64,000 nucleotides of DNA, taken from Harriotta raleighana (lineage: Eukaryota). Positions 58,481-64,000 of the stretch are shown here, piece by piece. The stretch lies in the NCBI GenBank assembly GCA_050575255.1, contig JBNZDD010013683.1:2244940-2308939 (forward strand), given 5' to 3'. The notes beneath the pieces were generated by a model. That model did no database searches and was not told where the DNA came from. It was given only the letters and a program-made list of their open reading frames with translations. The position numbers were made by a program, and so were the translations under genes. Position 1 is the stretch's first letter; the number at the start of each line of letters is the position of its first letter.

Positions 58481-61400
58481 TTAAATTTGTGTATACATAT
58501 CGTTGCATGAGAACAGAATGAGACTCATTTACACCACTCCGTCATAGAATAACTTTCCAGTATTCATTGTCCAGAGTTAAACTAAAGAAAAACCAAAAAG
58601 TTGGATGAGATACAGCAGTGTGGATGCTTTCCATTGAACCACAACTCTGAGTAAATCACTGCCTTGAAGGAGGGAAAACAAACTAAGAGCAAAGAAATGC
58701 TTTCATTACCTTCAACACTACAACGAAAGGTTAAAGACATCCAGAGGTTTAAACCATTGCACCAGAAATCCACTCTTGATTTTAAAATTATGGATGGATT
58801 TGTAAGGAAATTCTGTTCATTTCGAAGTCAGACAACTCCGACATCCATAAGGTCTGGGAAATATACATTTCAAAGTTTAGGAAAGCAAATATGGAAACAT
58901 TTGAGTCCTAAATAAGCACTGGTGGCAATTATTTCCAATTTATTTTGGCATAAAACTATACATTTAAATGCAGCACACTATACTTCTTTGCTTTAATCCT
59001 AATGCACTTGCGAAAATTGCACATTGTTCAGCAACCTCAAAAATGTATCGTATTTTGAAAGCAATTTTCATAACTCAACGGAAGAATTTTCAATTATATT
59101 AAAATATTTAAGTACACATTAGCAATGATAAGGGATCATTAAATCACTAGAATTTTAGCTAGGTAATATTTTGATGTCCTTTGCACTCCCATGTGTCCAG
59201 ACTCTCAAATATTCACAGTGCATCCAACTTTGACATTTTGAACACAAAGCACATAAGGAATAGACTATTCTTTGTGAATATAAATAAACAATGTATAAGT
59301 AGCTATAAAAATAACTAAGAAAATCTGTTCAGTAGCTGGTTTCATAAAAATCTGCAACTTGGCATTTACTGCAAATTATACCTTATTTCAGAACCGAGGG
59401 AAATAAATATGGAAGCATTTTAGTTGATGATCTGAAAACCACAACAATCTTTATTGTCCTTGGACATGCACAATTATTGGCAAAACAAGAAACATCAGAA
59501 ACTGTGGTTCCCATAATCAATGGCGTTTATTCACAACCATTTATAGGCCTTGTTTGGACAATTGTAATTTCCTGCTGCATTTCGTTTCTTTTTGATATTA
59601 TTTTAAAGTCAAAAGTGAATTAATTGCAAATAGTTTCAGCCTAGCTGTTTGTGGATGCATCTGCCAACAGAGAGCAGGCCTATTCCCTGGCCAGTTAGGT
59701 CTGAATGGGCAGAGGATAATACTATCAAGTTAGGGTTAGCTACAAGTATAGTAAGTCATCTTTAATGCAAGGCGACAAGAGTTGATAAAAAAAATCATCC
59801 ATCACTGTCTAATCCAATTGCTATAAGAAGCACCATTAATATTTGTCACTTTATAGTCAAAATACAAGTGTTCCCTATGGTATGAATCCTATGAATTCAC
59901 TCCAAAATCATGATGCGTAAGGTCCAAAACTACTTGCACAGTTAGTCAAAAGGAAGTGTGATTTCTTTCAGTAGCATTCAACAAGCTTTGTACCATTCAA
60001 TTCAAACATGATTTGTAATCTTTCTGGATTTAAACTAGGCTATATGTTTTCATTCAACACAATCATTATGGACACATAAATTTAATAGGTTTCTAAGTAG
60101 AAGTGGGGCACCAGATGTCTTGGCAAAATATTTGTCAGATAAATGTGCGATTTCCATCTGGAAAAGCATCAAAAAGCTAAAGTGTAAATCAATCAGTTCC
60201 AGGATGTATGGGAATAGAGGTTGCGTGATATTGCTCTGGGACGAGAGATTTAATGTTATATCACTAATCACCAAGTTAGTCTTTCCATGCAATCATCAAT
60301 TTGCCGCACTGACATCGAATTCACAACTCTACTTTGAAGAACAGTTTTCTTTGCAAAACACAAATTAGGAATAAAAAATATTTATCTACGGTTCCCCGCC
60401 CTCCCACCCCATCCATTTTTTTCCTGGTGACTCAAAATGTATAGGTTGGTTGGCCTCTGACAATTCAGTACCTTGAATTTCACCAGTTAATGTTGGTGGA
60501 TTTATCAGCAATTTGGAGCAAATTGACATCGATAACTGGAATTCCTTTCCCGTTTCACCTTTTGTTAATGCAGGTGAATCAAACATCTCCAATTGGACAA
60601 GATTGGACAAGATTGAACAACTGTGTTCTTGACTCATAATAAATATACATTCACTCGCTCAGTCACCAGTGTTAATGACGTCTCATGCCATCTTTCTTTC
60701 ATTCTTTCAAGTGTGAGAGTTGCATAATATTCGAAACCTGGCTAACGCCAATACTTGCCTGTGTAAACTGACCAAAAACCTAATGAAATTACTTATATAG
60801 AACATGAAGGGGCAAGAATGAACACAAACTAAGAAAAAATAGAGTTACATAGAACTTCATCACTTTGCTTGTAGCCAGGTTTATTAAAAGTAACCAAATT
60901 ATTGCTGAATGTTATTGTTCTTTTCTTTGAATTAGATTTAGTTGTAGCGAGTTTGAATCTGATTTTTTTCAGTCATCTGGTTTTGGATGTGCTCCTGATA
61001 GTATATATTTTCTGATTGTAACTGTTTTAGAGTGTAAAATTGCACTTTGAAAAAGGAATTCAAACATGGAGTCCACCATATTGTTGGTATAGATGAATAA
61101 TATTTTAGCTTAACATTATATATAACAAGTCTCTGTAACTGTTTCTTATTTTGAATGAACAAGGGATACATCTATTTGTTTCTGTGAGGGGAAAAACAGA
61201 GAAACATGAAGAGGGAGGCAAGTAAAACAGGGCTGAGAATCTTAGTGACCCTTTTTGTATGTAATGTCTGTTTCATGTTCCCAACAATTGTTCCTTTGGT
61301 ATAAATTTCTGAAGTCAGATCAACCATCAGAAAGTCTAGAAATGGATGCATATACTGCCCAGAAATCTCAACTGCAAGTTCTGTTATTGCTCAATTAGAG

Positions 61401-62369
61401 CAAAACATTTTCATATGATGCAATGCCAACAGAAACTCAGGCAAAGGTGCCAACAACCTTCTTTTGTAATCTACTGGCTAACAGGCAGATAAACAACTTG
61501 AGGAGAAAGAGCAGGGCCCAAGGGACACACTTGTATACGGCAGTAGTTATTTGCAATGTTCAGCCATTGTTATCACCAACCAGTATGTTTATACTACACA
61601 CCTACCATTGCATTAGATTGAGAATCCTTCTACGCTTATTCCTTGTACTGTAGTTAGAAGTTTGTTTAAAAACGTATGTCTTTGGATTAATATACAATTT
61701 ACATAAACTCTACTCTTCCAACAGTCACTTTTTAATGATGACAATAACCATCTGTTCTCGTTACCCTCTTATTATTCTGCCTGTTTCCCTTACTTATCTT
61801 AGCTCAGGAGACTTAATGTTACATAGATTGGCCTTTACATGCACATTTACCCGATGAGATAGAGGCAATCATCAACCACAATAATTGGCCTTGAATTTGT
61901 TGCTCGTATTGTTTTGGAATGCTTTTCATCGCCAAAATCCACCTACATTTTTCATTATTCATACGATTACTGCCAATACCCATTGCTAAAACCCTAAATA
62001 TGTCAAACAAAAACCAAACTCTGGCTCTGGCGCTCCAATCTGCTGCATCTGCTTCTCGTTCTATTCTTTCCATCATGTAATCACACTCCCTACCTATCTT
62101 CCTTGTACTTTTTCTACTGCTGCTCTCTGGTCATTAATTATAACCTTAGCCAACTCGTGCATCTCCAAACAACTCACAGCCATGGATACATCAATAGGGA
62201 AATAACTTGCAGCTAGAATTTCGGAATATTGTATTCCCTAACTCTGGGCACGTTTTGGGCTGGAAGTGACAGCCATTGGCTCCTTTTTCCACTCTTACCA
62301 TCTTTTATTTCCCTAAAAAAGTTTCACACAACATAATGCGGGCAAAAATATCTTATCCCATGGCACTAT

Positions 62370-62604
62370 TTGCAAAGAGTAGGGAGTTGCAGGCACTGCC
62401 TTGGCCATCAATCTCCCAAATAAAATTGGTCATTCAAATTGGCTGTTTGTGGGAAATTTCTGTGCGCAACCAGCTGCTGTGTTTCGCCCATAAAATACAC
62501 AGTCAAACCACTTTACAATACATCTTGTGAAACGCTCTACGATGACTTGACAATGTGATGAGGCGCTGTATCAAATGCAAGGATTATCATTGTGATTATT
62601 ATTA
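62370..62604 (+). mobile_element. Older Deu-domain-like SINE
   Basis: atcccatggcactatttgcaaagagtagggagtt...ccttggcca followed by the core and tail tcaaatgcaaggattatc. Confidence 0.75.
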
Positions 62605-63656
62605 CCACACTCAGTGCTGCTTTTGTTCATGTTCTTCTCCTCCCGAAGTGAAAGGCACTCTATGAATGTAATTTTGTTGTTGTTGACGGCATAGTGTTTG
62701 CTTCTCCAACGACAACTTCAAGTTTACATCTGTTCGTTATGTAGTGTCTCCCTTCTTCGAAGCCTGTCTGTAAGCATTTAAGGTTTGCTCTCCAGGCATC
62801 ACTTATGAACAGCCCACGTATCCTGAATAATACACAGTATTAATGTTCGATCAACTGAGAGCCTTCTTAAGAATCTCTAGTTTCAGCTTCCAAAAACTCA
62901 CAGCAGCAAAGCCAGCTCTGGGATGCAGTTCCTTTCCCCTGGGGAACCCATTTTCTTTCCTATGTCTGGAAAATACAGCATGTGCTGGTACAGACTTTGG
63001 CACAGGGTACTCTAAAGTGCCCTTTGGGTACTTCTGGTCTTTGACAAGCTAAAGCTATGGCTCATAACTTCATAGCGTGAAGCACAGGATAAGCTCTCTT
63101 TTGAGAGTGAGGTTATCGGGCAAATTAGAAACAGCTTGATTCTGCTTGCACCTGGCCAAGAGGACTCAAAGGTGCTACATACAAATATAATGTTGTTACT
63201 GCTGCTGTTGTTGACTTTAGGTATTGAAACTGAAGATCTTCAGCACTGATATTCTTCACTCACTGGTTGAGTACAAATCTTTCACCAAAAAAAATCATTA
63301 TTAACAATATAAATGATTGGATGATGACTCTACAGTTGGCTGCCATAAGTAATAAGCAATAAGAAATCTCTTCCAAAGTCTGCTGTAGCTAGACTCCGAC
63401 TTAGGCTAGCCATCTCACCTCAGGTTTTCTCTCTCTCTCTCTCTCTCTCTTCCACTTCCATTAATTCTCCGCAAAACAGAATTGACAAACAGTTCGCAAA
63501 TAAGCTTCCTGGAAATCATGTTATTTACCTAGCAAAGCTCTGCCTCAATTCTATTTAGTGTTGTTCTCTTTTAGGACTCGAGTCCTACTCAATGAGTGGA
63601 CAACAATTGGTTCTGTGGAGGACCAGCATTCCCAACAATACTTTTCCCTCCCTATA

Positions 63657-63760
63657 GACTGCTGTGTTTCACCCACAAATACACAGTAATCCACTTTACA
63701 GTATATTCTGTGAAGCGCATTGAGATATCGCAATGATGTGATAAGGCACCATATCAAATT
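63657..63760 (+). mobile_element. SINE 3' tail
   Basis: ctgctgtgtttcacccacaaatacacagtaatccactttacagtatattctgtgaagcgc. Confidence 0.8.
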
Positions 63761-63921
63761 AAAAAATGATTCTAACAGGTTAAAAAAGAGAAAATCCCCT
63801 ATCTGGGTAGGAGGTTTTTAATTTTAATACTGTCACAATTTATATTGTCAGATCTCAACTCAAACCGCGCTAGTGCTTTCCGATAACCACGGTTTCTGAC
63901 CGAGATTGCGCAAATCAGCAA

Positions 63922-64000
63922 CATAATAATAATAATCCTTGCATTTGATATAGCACATTTCACATCTTTTAGACATCTCAAAGTGCTTCACAGAATATAC
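63922..64000 (-). mobile_element. SINE 3' tail, running off the window
   Basis: (taa)n followed by tccttgcatttgatatagcacatttcacatc. Confidence 0.85.

Noticed and set aside
63572-63587. Perfect 16-bp palindrome taggactcgagtccta
   Set aside because: Isolated and short, with no supporting context; chance or a repeat-junction artefact.

Overview
Vertebrate genomic DNA, very probably from a cartilaginous fish (inferred from the SINE/L2/CR1 repeat types; chimaera-like). The window holds a complete EXT2 (exostosin-2, heparan sulfate polymerase subunit) gene on the minus strand. I traced 13 coding exons by hand between 46943 and 1535. All have GT-AG boundaries and lengths of 536/90/117/196/140/94/132/190/167/144/129/83/139 nt, giving 2157 nt or 718 aa, the same layout I recall for human EXT2. 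A candidate non-coding first exon and CpG island lie near 53.9-54.6 kb. Introns contain many copies of a tRNA-headed SINE, L2 and CR1 fragments, a Tigger-like MITE nested in a SINE, and several repeat-free, motif-rich blocks that may be enhancers. Best leads: (1) an in-frame candidate alternative last exon in the final intron; (2) a splice-created uORF ending 16 nt before the EXT2 start; (3) tandem acceptors at exon 5; (4) a ~1.2 kb GTGAGT-rich array just after the first donor; (5) a 75-nt hairpin; (6) mosaic SINE subfamilies. I found no convincing second protein-coding gene and no evidence for a wholly new multi-gene system. Nearly all other ORFs in the track are spurious. Repeat and enhancer boundaries are approximate, and no database search was run.
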